From the IMG/VR virus record IMGVR_UViG_3300031992_000093, positions 676 to 64,675 of that record: 64,000 nucleotides of DNA; one strand, written 5' to 3'. The notes below the pieces were generated by a model. That model saw nothing but the letters and a program-made list of their open reading frames with translations, was not told the origin of the DNA and searched no databases. The DNA comes from a virus. Shown one piece after another: positions 1 through 9,254 of the stretch. Both the position numbers and the translations under genes were made by a program. Each line of letters begins with the position of its first letter. Positions within the stretch are counted from its first letter, which is position 1.

Positions 1-22
1 CACGGATAATTTCACTATCTTG

Positions 23-30
23 CAAAGTTA
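23..30 (-). promoter_or_regulatory. Bacteroidota -7 promoter box (TAACTTTG) pointing off the left edge, possibly the head-operon promoter
   Basis: Matches TAnnTTTG. If the genome is circular it lies upstream of the scaffold gene that is truncated at 64000. Confidence 0.45.
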
Positions 31-77
31 AACTTTCTTAAAATTTCGGGGTGATTTGAAGAAAAACACCGAAAAAC

Positions 78-108
78 TTGCATATATTGAATATATTGTC
101 TAAATTTG
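78..108 (+). promoter_or_regulatory. Promoter of the + strand early cassette
   Basis: TTG at 78-80 and TAAATTTG at 101-108, upstream of the ATG at 156. Confidence 0.6.
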
Positions 109-119
109 CAACATCAAAC

Positions 120-134
120 GTGCCTAACAAGCAC
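120..134. promoter_or_regulatory. 15-bp imperfect palindrome GTGCCTAACAAGCAC, putative operator
   Basis: A near-identical copy (GTGCCTAATAAGCAC on the - strand) lies at 13492-13506 beside another promoter. Confidence 0.45.
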
Positions 135-155
135 CTAACAAAACGCAATACAGAT

Positions 156-311
156 ATGGAATTTAAGGTTTTATTTATCACTGGAAAGACCAAGAGCTTC
201 AAAACGGAGCGCGGTATGAGAAACTTCATCGCCAGGAAGTCAAACGACATGAACAACGGCATCGTTATGTACGGTCTGGCAAAGTACATCAATTTATTCA
301 TCACTAAATGA
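156..311 (+). CDS. Small hypothetical protein (51 aa)
   Basis: ATG at 156 follows the promoter and is part of the conserved ACGCAATACAGATATG motif. Confidence 0.6.
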   Translation: MEFKVLFITGKTKSFKTERGMRNFIARKSNDMNNGIVMYGLAKYINLFITK

Positions 312-321
312 TTATCAGACA

Positions 322-570
322 ATGGAAAAAGCAAAACTTGGAACGGTTATCTACCTCGACGGCATCCGCTGTCACCTTGGAATGGTAGGTGGTTACACGA
401 AAGACGAGTGGGGCGACGACGCCTATTTACTTTCATCGGCTGTCATCGATGGCGACCTTGCACTCAACAATGAGGGAGAGGACGAGGACTTCATCTACCC
501 GATGGACTGCTGCAGTGAAGCGACCCAGGAGGACGCACAGAAGTATCTAAACAAGTTAATGAACAAGTAA
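322..570 (+). CDS. Hypothetical acidic protein
   Basis: Tightly packed ORF with phage-like codon usage. Confidence 0.7.
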   Translation: MEKAKLGTVIYLDGIRCHLGMVGGYTKDEWGDDAYLLSSAVIDGDLALNNEGEDEDFIYPMDCCSEATQEDAQKYLNKLMNK

Positions 571-582
571 AATCAGACAGCC

Positions 583-1047
583 ATGTTAATCAAGGAATTT
601 ATCGAAAGGACGGGTTTCACACCCACAGATGACTACTATCACACAGAGATAGAGCCGGAGTACAATCACAGCAAGCTCGAAAAGGACGATTGGTGCCGCG
701 AGTGGAAGAAGAACGGAGGCATCCAGAAAGCCTACGATGCCATGTGTAAGGATGCAGCCAACAACCATCTGAGAGTGAAGGAGCTTGAAAGTGTAATTGA
801 CGAGAACACTCAGAAGCTCGCTGAATACTACAAGCGGATTCAGGAACTGGAGCCGAAAGCCACCATCTATGACGGCATGGCAGATTTCCTAATCGAGCAA
901 GCCGAAAAGTGGTCTGCAACAGACCTCAGAGCAAAGGCCATTGAAATGCTCGGTTCCAGAGAGTACCTGCGTCGGAAGATTGAGAAAGGCTTCAACCTCT
1001 GGGAGTCAGACAAGGAATTACTCATTAACGTTTTATCGAATTACTAA
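583..1047 (+). CDS. Hypothetical coiled-coil protein
   Basis: 154-aa ORF in the + strand operon. Confidence 0.75.
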   Translation: MLIKEFIERTGFTPTDDYYHTEIEPEYNHSKLEKDDWCREWKKNGGIQKAYDAMCKDAANNHLRVKELESVIDENTQKLAEYYKRIQELEPKATIYDGMADFLIEQAEKWSATDLRAKAIEMLGSREYLRRKIEKGFNLWESDKELLINVLSNY

Positions 1048-1056
1048 ATAGGTAAC

Positions 1057-1082
1057 GGGGAGCCTAACCAACTCCCCATTTT
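1057..1082 (+). terminator. Putative intrinsic terminator/attenuator hairpin
   Basis: GGGGAG...CTCCCC stem followed by ATTTT in an intergenic gap. Confidence 0.45.
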
Positions 1083-1096
1083 AATGCAATACTGAT

Positions 1097-1487
1097 ATGG
1101 AAGATTTGAACAAGTACATCAAGAAGTCTCACATCAAAATGGTGGAGAACTTCAACGCGGATCTGGAAGCGTTCCGCAAAGAGACAGGAGAGCCAGTAGC
1201 GACGTTGTATGAGGATGCAAACACCTCATTCACACTTTCCTCTGTTCGCGTCGAGGAAGGCCGCTTAAAGTACACTTACGACGGCAAGGAGGAATACGAG
1301 GAAGCCTTGTGGGTGGATGAAGAGGACGGTTCACTTTCCGAAAGGGAGGGTCGACAGCATCCCGGAATACATCAAGTTCTGGCGTGCTTGCCTACGCCGG
1401 GCAAAGAGGTACTGGAGCATGGATGGTGACAAGCTGGATGCCATTCAGAACGGAGAGGCTCTTGACATTGAGATTGACGAAGATTAG
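1097..1487 (+). pseudogene. Hypothetical gene with an apparent +1 frameshift near 1349
   Basis: After ...SEREG the frame starting at 1350 reads VDSIPEYIKFWRACLRRAKRYWSMDGDKLDAIQNGEALDIEIDED* and ends at 1487, just before the next gene. The shift lies in the G-rich GAAAGGGAGGGTC. Confidence 0.55.
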
Positions 1488-1513
1488 TATTAACCATTAA
1501 ACGCAATATTGAT

Positions 1514-1912
1514 ATGGGACAATTTAGTTGGTTCACACAAGACACTCACCATCGTATCATTAACGATGAAGAGTACACGGTCATCATGTCGGATGACAAG
1601 GGAAACAAGTACGAGGAACACTGCTACGAGGGCTACGGTGTTTTCGGTGGTAAAGACTACTACGAGCTGCTGGCAGAAATGAACGGCTACAGCCTCGATG
1701 ACTTCAACGGTGACAAGGAGGCACTAAGACAGAAGGGTATCGACCTCGCCTTTGACGGTCATCCACATGGGGATAACCCGAACGTCAAGCACCCGTCGCT
1801 CACTGAGGCTGGTGTGTACTGGAACGGTAAAGCTCCAGAGTCAGACCCAGACCAGGGATGGCTGGAAGAGGACGAATGGGACGATTACGAATTTACTGAT
1901 GACAACTATTAA
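1514..1912 (+). CDS. Hypothetical phage protein (MGQFSW... YEGYGVFGGKDYYELLA)
   Basis: 132-aa ORF whose start is embedded in the ACGCAATATTGATATG motif. Confidence 0.8.
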   Translation: MGQFSWFTQDTHHRIINDEEYTVIMSDDKGNKYEEHCYEGYGVFGGKDYYELLAEMNGYSLDDFNGDKEALRQKGIDLAFDGHPHGDNPNVKHPSLTEAGVYWNGKAPESDPDQGWLEEDEWDDYEFTDDNY

Positions 1913-1916
1913 GACT

Positions 1917-2792
1917 ATGGAACAGATTACAAGAAGGGCCTCAGTAGAGGCATTGAAGAAACAGGCTTACGAGGCTAACCGCTGGAGCAGTTTCAACCCG
2001 GAGAGAGCAGGCGAGGTTCTGCTGAATTGTTGTGAACAGGAGCTGTCCGAGTTCCTGAGTAAGATACCCGAGGAATTTCACGAGGAATACGAGAAGCGTT
2101 TCCTTGAATTGTTCCGTCATTGGCTGGCCGCTCAGTCCAGATGTGCCAGCCCAGCGGTGACAGGCCCGGCCAAGTTCCCCACGGCGAAGAACCGCAAGTA
2201 TCTGGAGTGGGAACGCTCAGCCCGTGAAAAGCTCAATACATGGGTGGAGCGTGTTGTGAAGCGACTCAACCGCCAGCACCGTTTGACAGGATGGGAAGAG
2301 ATCGAGCGACTGCAAGAGAAGATTGACCGTCTGACTGAGCTGCAGGAGCTGATGAAGAAAGCCAATGCGGTGATCCGCAAGAAATCACTTGCCGACGTCG
2401 AGAAGGTTGAGGAACTGGAGAACCTTGGCCTGACTGAGAAACAGGCATTGGAGCTGATGGACGGCACAGGCTGTTGGTGGGGCAAGGGCTTTGCACCCTT
2501 CCAGCTCACTAACAACAATGCCAAGATTAAGAGCACACAGGAACGCCTCGACCGCCTCACGAAGATGGTCAACACCGAGGACAGGACTGAGGACTACGAA
2601 TGGGGAAGCCTCGAATACTGCTACAGCGAAGAACGGCTCCGCATCCACTTCAAAGAAATCCCCGACGAAAAACTCCGCTCGGAACTGAAAGGCTCTGCTT
2701 TCAAGTGGTCACGCAATAACCAGGCATGGCAGCGTCAGTTGACAAGCAATGCCATCTATTCCGCCAAACGTATTCTCAACATAGAGGGCTGA
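1917..2792 (+). CDS. DUF3560-like / polyvalent-protein-associated early protein
   Basis: The motifs SPAVTGPAKFP and LRIHFKEIPDEKLRSELKGSAFKWSRNNQAWQRQLT resemble proteins of mobile-element leading regions. Start moved to the ATG at 1917. Confidence 0.7.
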   Translation: MEQITRRASVEALKKQAYEANRWSSFNPERAGEVLLNCCEQELSEFLSKIPEEFHEEYEKRFLELFRHWLAAQSRCASPAVTGPAKFPTAKNRKYLEWERSAREKLNTWVERVVKRLNRQHRLTGWEEIERLQEKIDRLTELQELMKKANAVIRKKSLADVEKVEELENLGLTEKQALELMDGTGCWWGKGFAPFQLTNNNAKIKSTQERLDRLTKMVNTEDRTEDYEWGSLEYCYSEERLRIHFKEIPDEKLRSELKGSAFKWSRNNQAWQRQLTSNAIYSAKRILNIEG

Positions 2793-2795
2793 GTC

Positions 2796-3032
2796 ATGAA
2801 TAAGCGAAAGGTGTTCCATGTAGAATTGAAGCAGCCCCTCGACGGGAGGCAGCATTTCTACTTCGGCTCAAAAATGGCGATATTTGACGTTTTACCGCAT
2901 GAGGCAGTGGGAATCACTTACCGCACTCTTACGAACTGCGTAAAGCTCTCAAATGGGCCGTATGAGAATAAAAAATGCGTCATCAGACAAGGCGAACTGA
3001 TAACAACGAACCAAATTAGAGCAAAAAAGTAG
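2796..3032 (+). CDS. Small basic hypothetical protein
   Basis: 78-aa ORF, last gene of the cassette. Confidence 0.7.
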   Translation: MNKRKVFHVELKQPLDGRQHFYFGSKMAIFDVLPHEAVGITYRTLTNCVKLSNGPYENKKCVIRQGELITTNQIRAKK

Positions 3033-3040
3033 CCGAAAAT

Positions 3041-3071
3041 TTTGTCAGCTCGGAAAATTTGCTTAAATTTG
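3041..3071 (+). promoter_or_regulatory. Consensus Bacteroidota promoter with no credible downstream gene
   Basis: TTTG (3041-3044), 19-nt spacer, TAAATTTG (3064-3071). Confidence 0.65.
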
Positions 3072-3072
3072 C

Positions 3073-3156
3073 AGCCAAATAAAGGGTGTTCCTTAAATAC
3101 CGCGCCGGATTGCATCTCTGGAGGGAAGGGTTTAAGGGACGCTTTTTATTTTGGCT
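3073..3156 (+). ncRNA. Putative small RNA: long stem capped by a tRNA-Cys-like anticodon arm
   Basis: 3073-3097 pairs with 3131-3156 (about 25 bp, four G-U pairs that work only on the + strand). Inner stem CCGGA/TCTGG closes the 7-nt loop TTGCATC. Confidence 0.55.
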
Positions 3157-4627
3157 TTGCATTCTCGCTGTCGGATATGCTGTGCAGCTTCATTTCACCC
3201 CATTTCATTTCGTGAACGATTATCCAGCCCTTCTTTCCGTTTACCTCAGTCTCGAAGATGTGGCTACCCACAACGTCCTGCCTGTTCTTGCTGTCGCTGG
3301 TGACTCCGAGGTAGGTTGTCTTGTCGAACTTGTCAGGCAGTTCAAGCAGGAGCTCGTTCTTTGCCGCAAATTCCTCAAAAGGCTGGTTTAGCCACTCCTT
3401 GACGGCGCTGTTCGGCACCGTGATAGGTGAACCGATGGAAGGATGCGAAAGCGTATTGTCCTTGAACAGCACCTTTGCCTCTTCCCTAATCTCATTACGA
3501 CGCTCTCTGACGGCATCATCAAGTGGCCTGCTGGCCGCTGCCGTATTCGTCAGGAATTTCGGATTGTCCTTCATCCAGTAGGGCAGCGTTCCGCGCTGTG
3601 CCGCCTCGTCGATGCGCTCCTGGTTATCCTTCACCCATTTCTTGAAGTCCTCATGCGGTTCCGTCACCTCATTGGAAGAGTGGAAATCACCCGGCTCTTC
3701 ATCGTTGAGCAAGCGTTTCTGCATGGCTATCATTTCATCCATTGAGCATAGGATCGGCACGGCATAGCACCTACACTGGGGATGCCAGCCCCTAAAGTCG
3801 AAGTCCTTGGGGAACTTCCCGGCCAGGGCCTCACATATCTTGCACGGGAATTTCCTCTTGGAACGCTTCACCTCTATGCCTACGACGAAATCAAGCTGGC
3901 TCCACCGCTCATTATCGGCAGCACGGTAGGCCATGTTGGTCTCAGTCCTGGCAAGGCGCATGGCATTCTTGTAGCTGCTTCGGTACTCACCACGTCCGGG
4001 GTGGTACGCTGCGGCCCTCTTCGACAGCTTCAAGTTCCCCTCTTCGTCACGTACCCGGCGGAAAAGTCGGTCGGGCTCCTGCAGGTACTGGCGCACATGA
4101 CGCGAGACGGTGGCCGCTGAGTCACCACGCCCAAGGCTGGCAGACAGGGCAAGCTCCATTTCCTCTTTGAACTGGCTGGTGTACTTCCACACCTTCTGGG
4201 AGAGGTTGAGACCGCCGTACTCACTCTTGCGCTTGAAGAAGGCATCCATTGCGTCATGATTCCTGCTGAACCATCTGGCATAGTGGTTGTCATCTTTCAG
4301 CCCTTTTCCGAAGATGGACTCAATCATTGCATCGTTGGAGAGGTTCGCAAACTCCCATTCGGCTATGACACCCCTACGGATTTCCTGATAAACGGCGCTG
4401 TAGAGGCCACGCAGGACGTTTGTAGCCTTCACGGATAGTTTCTTATGGTCGGCGAAATAAAACACCTCTTCGGGCTCCAAATCGACGTCTGCGGCCAAGT
4501 CAAGCAGGGCATTGACGGCAGCGGTGTAGTACTTGCTGACGTTGGAAGCATAGCCCTCAGTACGTGCAAACAGCCCGGGCAGATACTTCTCGATCTCTAT
4601 CTTCTTCTGTTGCTTCTTCTTTTTCAT
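3146..4627 (-). CDS. MuF (SPP1 gp7-like) minor head protein with C-terminal nuclease-like extension
   Basis: Motifs RLARTETNMAY and CKICEALAG..FRGWHPQCRC. About 120 extra C-terminal residues end in LHSISD. Located downstream of the portal gene. Confidence 0.85.
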   Translation of the reverse strand: MKKKKQQKKIEIEKYLPGLFARTEGYASNVSKYYTAAVNALLDLAADVDLEPEEVFYFADHKKLSVKATNVLRGLYSAVYQEIRRGVIAEWEFANLSNDAMIESIFGKGLKDDNHYARWFSRNHDAMDAFFKRKSEYGGLNLSQKVWKYTSQFKEEMELALSASLGRGDSAATVSRHVRQYLQEPDRLFRRVRDEEGNLKLSKRAAAYHPGRGEYRSSYKNAMRLARTETNMAYRAADNERWSQLDFVVGIEVKRSKRKFPCKICEALAGKFPKDFDFRGWHPQCRCYAVPILCSMDEMIAMQKRLLNDEEPGDFHSSNEVTEPHEDFKKWVKDNQERIDEAAQRGTLPYWMKDNPKFLTNTAAASRPLDDAVRERRNEIREEAKVLFKDNTLSHPSIGSPITVPNSAVKEWLNQPFEEFAAKNELLLELPDKFDKTTYLGVTSDSKNRQDVVGSHIFETEVNGKKGWIIVHEMKWGEMKLHSISDSENAKPK

Positions 4628-4809
4628 CCTGGCTTCTTTGGCTTGAAATTGTCATTACAGCCCTCATGGTTCATCAGCATGGAATGAGTCTGGTGAGGGC
4701 ATCGGCACATAAAGAACTCACCCTTCACATTCTTGCAATGGAAGTCGTAAGCCTTGGCGCAGTCACGGCACAGGTGCTTCGGCCTGTCGTATTTCTGACC
4801 ACTCGCCAT
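4624..4809 (-). CDS. Small Cys/His-rich (Zn-binding) hypothetical protein
   Basis: CRDC...CRCPH...C. Overlaps both neighbouring genes. Confidence 0.6.
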   Translation of the reverse strand: MASGQKYDRPKHLCRDCAKAYDFHCKNVKGEFFMCRCPHQTHSMLMNHEGCNDNFKPKKPG

Positions 4810-6266
4810 TATTCAGCCCCTCCGAAAATGTCATCCTTCTTCTGGGTGGCCGTAAACAAGTCCTGCTGTTCCTTGGCGGCTTCTTCCTTCTGCTTCTTGA
4901 TGCGCTGTTTCTCCAGCTCCTTATCCTTAATGAGCGGGTTCTGCTCGATGCCGCTTTCCTCTGACATGGTACCTCCGTCGATGGACTCATTGATATTCTT
5001 GATGGTCTCGACAATATCCTCACCGAATGGCTCCTGGTACTCATGGTCGCACTCCAGCTGGTCAAGCTTGTATTCGCTCTTGGTGATATACAGGACGTTG
5101 GCCATGATGGATATGACAAGCGAGGCGGTTCTATCCAGCAGCTCGTCGTAGTTCTCCTTGTGCTTCGTGGCCTTGATGTCTGCAAGGAGCATCATCTGTT
5201 TAAGAGCCTTGCCCGACATCTGAGACATTCCCTTGAACTGGCTCCAGTCGATGTCCGGCGTGAACGTCTTGGTCAGGATATGGTGGCGCAACCACTCCAG
5301 CTCGTCTTTCTTGCTCTCGTTCTGGCCGTCCCATGTGAGGAAGGAGGCCATCTTGCTTACATCTTCCACGTTGTCGCTGGCAACAAGGGTCTTATTCTCC
5401 ACCTCCTTGTCAGGCATGGACTTCAAGAGGGCCGCTTTCAGTACCAGATAGGGGTCGCTGAAATAGTCGTTTGTGTCTGCCCGGCGTGAGGCCACGTATT
5501 CCTCGCGGTTTATCAGTTCCTCAACACCGTCCCATTCCTTCTTCTGCTTGAAGTAGATGACGGGGATTTTCCCGATGGGGTTGTCCTCTTCCTCCACCTC
5601 CCATCCGAACGTTCCGCGCTGGCAATGGTAGATGGTCTCGTCTGTGAAGATGTCGAGGTGATAGGTGGTCTTTCCGGCCACGTCCTTTGAGTAGTGGCCC
5701 CATGCGAAGGAGATAAGGTTCTCGTACACGTCCCATCGGGTGTAAATCTCGTCACCCTTGGAGCGGGCGAGGACGCGAATCTGGCAGTCCGGCTCATTCT
5801 TCTTGTTGCGGTACACACGGAAGAGCATAGCGGATTCCGTCTCACTTCCTGCCAGTCGCTTGCACTGTCTTATCTTGCTGTTGAAGTGCATCTTCTTCAG
5901 CAAGTCGGTGTAAGCCTGGAATCCTGCGTCGGCACCCTCGCTCTTCTGCTTCCACTTCACGGGCTGGCCGAAGAGGAACACAAGGGAAATCTCATTGATG
6001 TACACAGGATAGCCGACGGGCAGTTTCCATCGTGTAAGCGTACCCTTGCGCTTTCCTGTGAGGTCTTTCAGCACCTTATCCTTGCGCTCCATAATGAGGT
6101 GCGTCTTCGGATCGTACTCCTTCATGGCTTCCTCGGCCTCTAACTGGTGGGAGTCAAGCAGACTCATAACTCTGGTGATGTCCTTGGCGGCAATAAGCTG
6201 CTCAAAGTCCTGGTTCCTGCCTACGGTGGCATTGAACAGATTGGTAATCGAATTGATAATTGACAT
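4809..6266 (-). CDS. Portal protein (SPP1 gp6-like)
   Basis: 485 aa, follows terL. Motifs NPIGKIPVIYF and SGKALKQMM. Confidence 0.9.
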   Translation of the reverse strand: MSIINSITNLFNATVGRNQDFEQLIAAKDITRVMSLLDSHQLEAEEAMKEYDPKTHLIMERKDKVLKDLTGKRKGTLTRWKLPVGYPVYINEISLVFLFGQPVKWKQKSEGADAGFQAYTDLLKKMHFNSKIRQCKRLAGSETESAMLFRVYRNKKNEPDCQIRVLARSKGDEIYTRWDVYENLISFAWGHYSKDVAGKTTYHLDIFTDETIYHCQRGTFGWEVEEEDNPIGKIPVIYFKQKKEWDGVEELINREEYVASRRADTNDYFSDPYLVLKAALLKSMPDKEVENKTLVASDNVEDVSKMASFLTWDGQNESKKDELEWLRHHILTKTFTPDIDWSQFKGMSQMSGKALKQMMLLADIKATKHKENYDELLDRTASLVISIMANVLYITKSEYKLDQLECDHEYQEPFGEDIVETIKNINESIDGGTMSEESGIEQNPLIKDKELEKQRIKKQKEEAAKEQQDLFTATQKKDDIFGGAE

Positions 6267-6290
6267 AACTTTTACTTTTATTGGTTACTA

Positions 6291-7751
6291 CTATATTGCT
6301 AACATGGAGCCGACGTACTCAGGCACCTCGAAGCTGTCATCTACGAAATAGTTGATGGCATAGCCCAGTATATCGACATATTCATCATGGGTCTTGGCCG
6401 GGAAGCCGCAAACCTCGTCTATAAATTCCTCATTCCAGTCACCTTCCACCAGATACACGCGGCCACACTCAACCTTCGGGGCCACAGCATAGAGGCGCGT
6501 GTCTTTCGGATCTGTAGGCGACGGCGTGTAGGTGACATTGAGCGAACTCGACTCCTGTAGCTGCTGGCACACGCTCACACCGTTGGCTTTCGGCTCGATG
6601 CGCAGCGTGCTCTCTCCGCTGGCATCGTTAGCGGCCATGAAGTCCGGCAGATAGCGTATGAGGTCTGGAAACTCCTTGTAAACCTTCTGTGCGCAGGTGA
6701 TGTAGATATTGTTTCGTATCTTGCAGGCTCCGATGATGCCGCTGGGGTCATTGTCGCTCTTCTGCTTCTTGTTGTAGGCGGTATCGAGGAAGAAGTGAAT
6801 CGGCTCATGGAAGTGCAGGGCGTGATAGTCTGCCAGGCTGATGTGCCTGAACCATTTCTCCTTGATGATGTTACCGCCCTCTGCCGTCGGACGCTGTTCG
6901 TACTGCCCGGCATAGCCACGACTACCGAGGTCTGTCTTTGCTTCATTCAGTACGGGCCTCGGTAGTCTTACAGGATCGAGCAGGCCGTCCACATATTTCT
7001 CCCTCAGTTCCACAGGGCTTACGTTGTCCGACAGCTCAGCAGGGAGGCAGATATGACGGATATTCTCACCCTTCTTCTTCAACAGGTAGCCAGTCACATC
7101 TTCCTCATGGAGTCGCTGCATGATGGTGACCACAGGCGTATTGGCTTTGTCAACCTTACGTGAGGAAAGCGTCTTGGTATGCTCATTGGCAGCAGTACGC
7201 ATCTGCTCAGATTCGGCCTGTTTGGGGTTTACAGGGTCGTCATTGATGATAACGTGAGCATGGAAGCCGGTAATGGTGGCTCCCGTCGAAGTGGCGTAGC
7301 GGTAGCCAGTATCGGTATTCTCATAGTTCTGCTTGCCGCTCTTGTCTCGCCTTATCTTTATCTCGGGGAACAGCTTGCGGAACTTGTCACTTTCTATGAT
7401 GTCTTTCGACTTGGTGGCATGGTCGATGGATAGTGCGCCGGAGTATGAGTTGGTGATGATGCGGATGCTGGGGTCTTGCGTCCACAGCCAGACGGGCCAC
7501 ATCACCGTAACGATGGTACTCTTGGTGGTGCCTGGTGGAATGTTGATGATCAGGTCATACGGCTTTGGCCTTCGCTCCACGATAGACACGGAAAGCTTCT
7601 GGAGCTCACCACAAAGATACGGAATGTGCCAGTTGTACACAGGTTCCTCTTTGATGATGACGTCCCAGAAGGTCTTGACGAAGAAGAAGAAGCTCTTCCT
7701 GCACTCGTCAGCTACCACGGCGATTGCCAACTCCGAATAGTCGATGTTCAT
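6291..7751 (-). CDS. terL: Terminase large subunit
   Basis: Walker A-like INIPPGTTKS, Walker B IINDD, motif IMQRLHEED, nuclease motifs DTAY and FPAKTHDEYVD. Confidence 0.95.
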   Translation of the reverse strand: MNIDYSELAIAVVADECRKSFFFFVKTFWDVIIKEEPVYNWHIPYLCGELQKLSVSIVERRPKPYDLIINIPPGTTKSTIVTVMWPVWLWTQDPSIRIITNSYSGALSIDHATKSKDIIESDKFRKLFPEIKIRRDKSGKQNYENTDTGYRYATSTGATITGFHAHVIINDDPVNPKQAESEQMRTAANEHTKTLSSRKVDKANTPVVTIMQRLHEEDVTGYLLKKKGENIRHICLPAELSDNVSPVELREKYVDGLLDPVRLPRPVLNEAKTDLGSRGYAGQYEQRPTAEGGNIIKEKWFRHISLADYHALHFHEPIHFFLDTAYNKKQKSDNDPSGIIGACKIRNNIYITCAQKVYKEFPDLIRYLPDFMAANDASGESTLRIEPKANGVSVCQQLQESSSLNVTYTPSPTDPKDTRLYAVAPKVECGRVYLVEGDWNEEFIDEVCGFPAKTHDEYVDILGYAINYFVDDSFEVPEYVGSMLAI

Positions 7752-8182
7752 TCCTTCTTGTTAATGAGGTCAAGCCCGATGGAAAGCAGCACTTCACGCT
7801 GCTCTTCCGTAAGCTGGTCTAAGTCGATTTTCTGCTTTGGTACCAGAGATTCGCCATCCTTGCCGACAAGCTCCCTGCGCTCGGTGTAGCCCCTGTCCTT
7901 CATCTGGGTCTTGGCGTAGAAGATTAGCATGGTGGTGTCACCGTCTTTCATCTTCTTTAGGATAAGGGCCTCGCAGAAGTCCTTCTGCAGCTCCTTCACA
8001 TCGTCCACTTTCTCCTTGAAGTCCGGGTCTTCGTTATACCAGCGGTAGAACGTCATGCGGGATATGCCAGCAGCCTTGCAGGCCGAGGAAACGATGCCCG
8101 ATGTCTTATTCAGCTCTTCGAGCATACGTTCCTTGTCTGTCAGAACCCTTTCCTGGATGGTCTTGTCATTGTTATTAGCCAT
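7748..8182 (-). CDS. terS: Terminase small subunit (HTH)
   Basis: HTH ACKAAGISRMTFYRW and IFYAKTQMKDRGY. Overlaps the terL start. Confidence 0.8.
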   Translation of the reverse strand: MANNNDKTIQERVLTDKERMLEELNKTSGIVSSACKAAGISRMTFYRWYNEDPDFKEKVDDVKELQKDFCEALILKKMKDGDTTMLIFYAKTQMKDRGYTERRELVGKDGESLVPKQKIDLDQLTEEQREVLLSIGLDLINKKE

Positions 8183-8186
8183 AGTC

Positions 8187-9251
8187 CTATTGTTGTAAGT
8201 CACGAATCAAATCACCAACCACCACACGATAGGTGCGCTTCTTCGGATCGCCAGCTATGAGAATCTGGTAAACCTTCTTGTAAGTGGCCTGTGAGTGTCG
8301 GTCGGTCAGACGGGCATAGAGTTTCTTTGCAACCTCATGCCCCGGGTAGTCCTGCGGATGCTCAGCCGCTTTCAGCATTTCCTCTTTGAGCAGCTTCTTA
8401 TAGTCCTTCTCATTGCCGAACTGCCTGTTCTGCTGAGAGGAACGGAACATTTCGGTGTCCCAGTAGAGCATGACGAGGTCTGCATTCGGTTCACGCTTCA
8501 AGATACGCTCGTACAGGTTAGGGTAGAACTCCAGCACCTTCGGCAGCGACTTGATGGTGTCGATGGAAAAGAACTGGCTGATGCGCAGTCTGTTCAAGGG
8601 AACACCCACCTTGTAGAGGTAGATGTAAGTGTCTGGTATCTGTAGCCCGTATAGCTTGATGTATAGCCAGATGTCGTTATCCTTCCAGTCATAGAGAGGA
8701 TAGACGAACTTGCTTTTCTTCATCGATGCTATTGCCGTGCGACGCTGGACGGACTCAGCCATACGGAGGCCAACCATCTGAGGGATGGACTGGAAAATCT
8801 TCTCTCCGAAGGTCTGATAGTTCATTCCCATGCGGAAATCCTTGTGGTTCCTGATGGCGAACTTAGGCATCTGGCGCACCCACACACTTTCCTTGCCCGG
8901 CTCCCAGCAGATGAATGTTTCGTCGTTAGCGAGCTTGTTGCAGCAGTTGAAGTGCTTGATGGGCATACAGAACCAGTAGAACTTTGCACCAAGCGACATG
9001 AAGCGGGAACGCCAGTTCAACACAATCTGCTCGACATCGGGATAGATGGCTTCCTCGTCGAAGAAGATGACCATGAGCCGGGAGAACTGGATGCCGTACT
9101 TCTGCATCGTCTTGATGACCATATCGGCCATGCAGATAGAATCCTTACCGCCAGAGAAGGACATCGAGACGAACTGGTTCCTGTTGAAGGTTTCCAGTAC
9201 GCGCCTCTCAGCCGCTTCCACTACATTGATTTCAAGCTCCTTTTCAAACAT
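8187..9251 (-). CDS. PAPS-reductase/PP-loop family protein (IbrA-like)
   Basis: Motifs SFSGGKDS, FFDEEA, VGLRMAESVQR and YPLYDWKDNDIW. Confidence 0.85.
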   Translation of the reverse strand: MFEKELEINVVEAAERRVLETFNRNQFVSMSFSGGKDSICMADMVIKTMQKYGIQFSRLMVIFFDEEAIYPDVEQIVLNWRSRFMSLGAKFYWFCMPIKHFNCCNKLANDETFICWEPGKESVWVRQMPKFAIRNHKDFRMGMNYQTFGEKIFQSIPQMVGLRMAESVQRRTAIASMKKSKFVYPLYDWKDNDIWLYIKLYGLQIPDTYIYLYKVGVPLNRLRISQFFSIDTIKSLPKVLEFYPNLYERILKREPNADLVMLYWDTEMFRSSQQNRQFGNEKDYKKLLKEEMLKAAEHPQDYPGHEVAKKLYARLTDRHSQATYKKVYQILIAGDPKKRTYRVVVGDLIRDLQQ

Positions 9252-9254
9252 AGC

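Noticed and set aside
1752-1916. N-terminal extension of the 346-aa ORF, and similar extensions on int, RT, ssb, PcfK, terS and VRR-NUC
   Set aside because: They overlap upstream genes or non-coding signals. Downstream ATGs give tight packing and family-typical N-termini.
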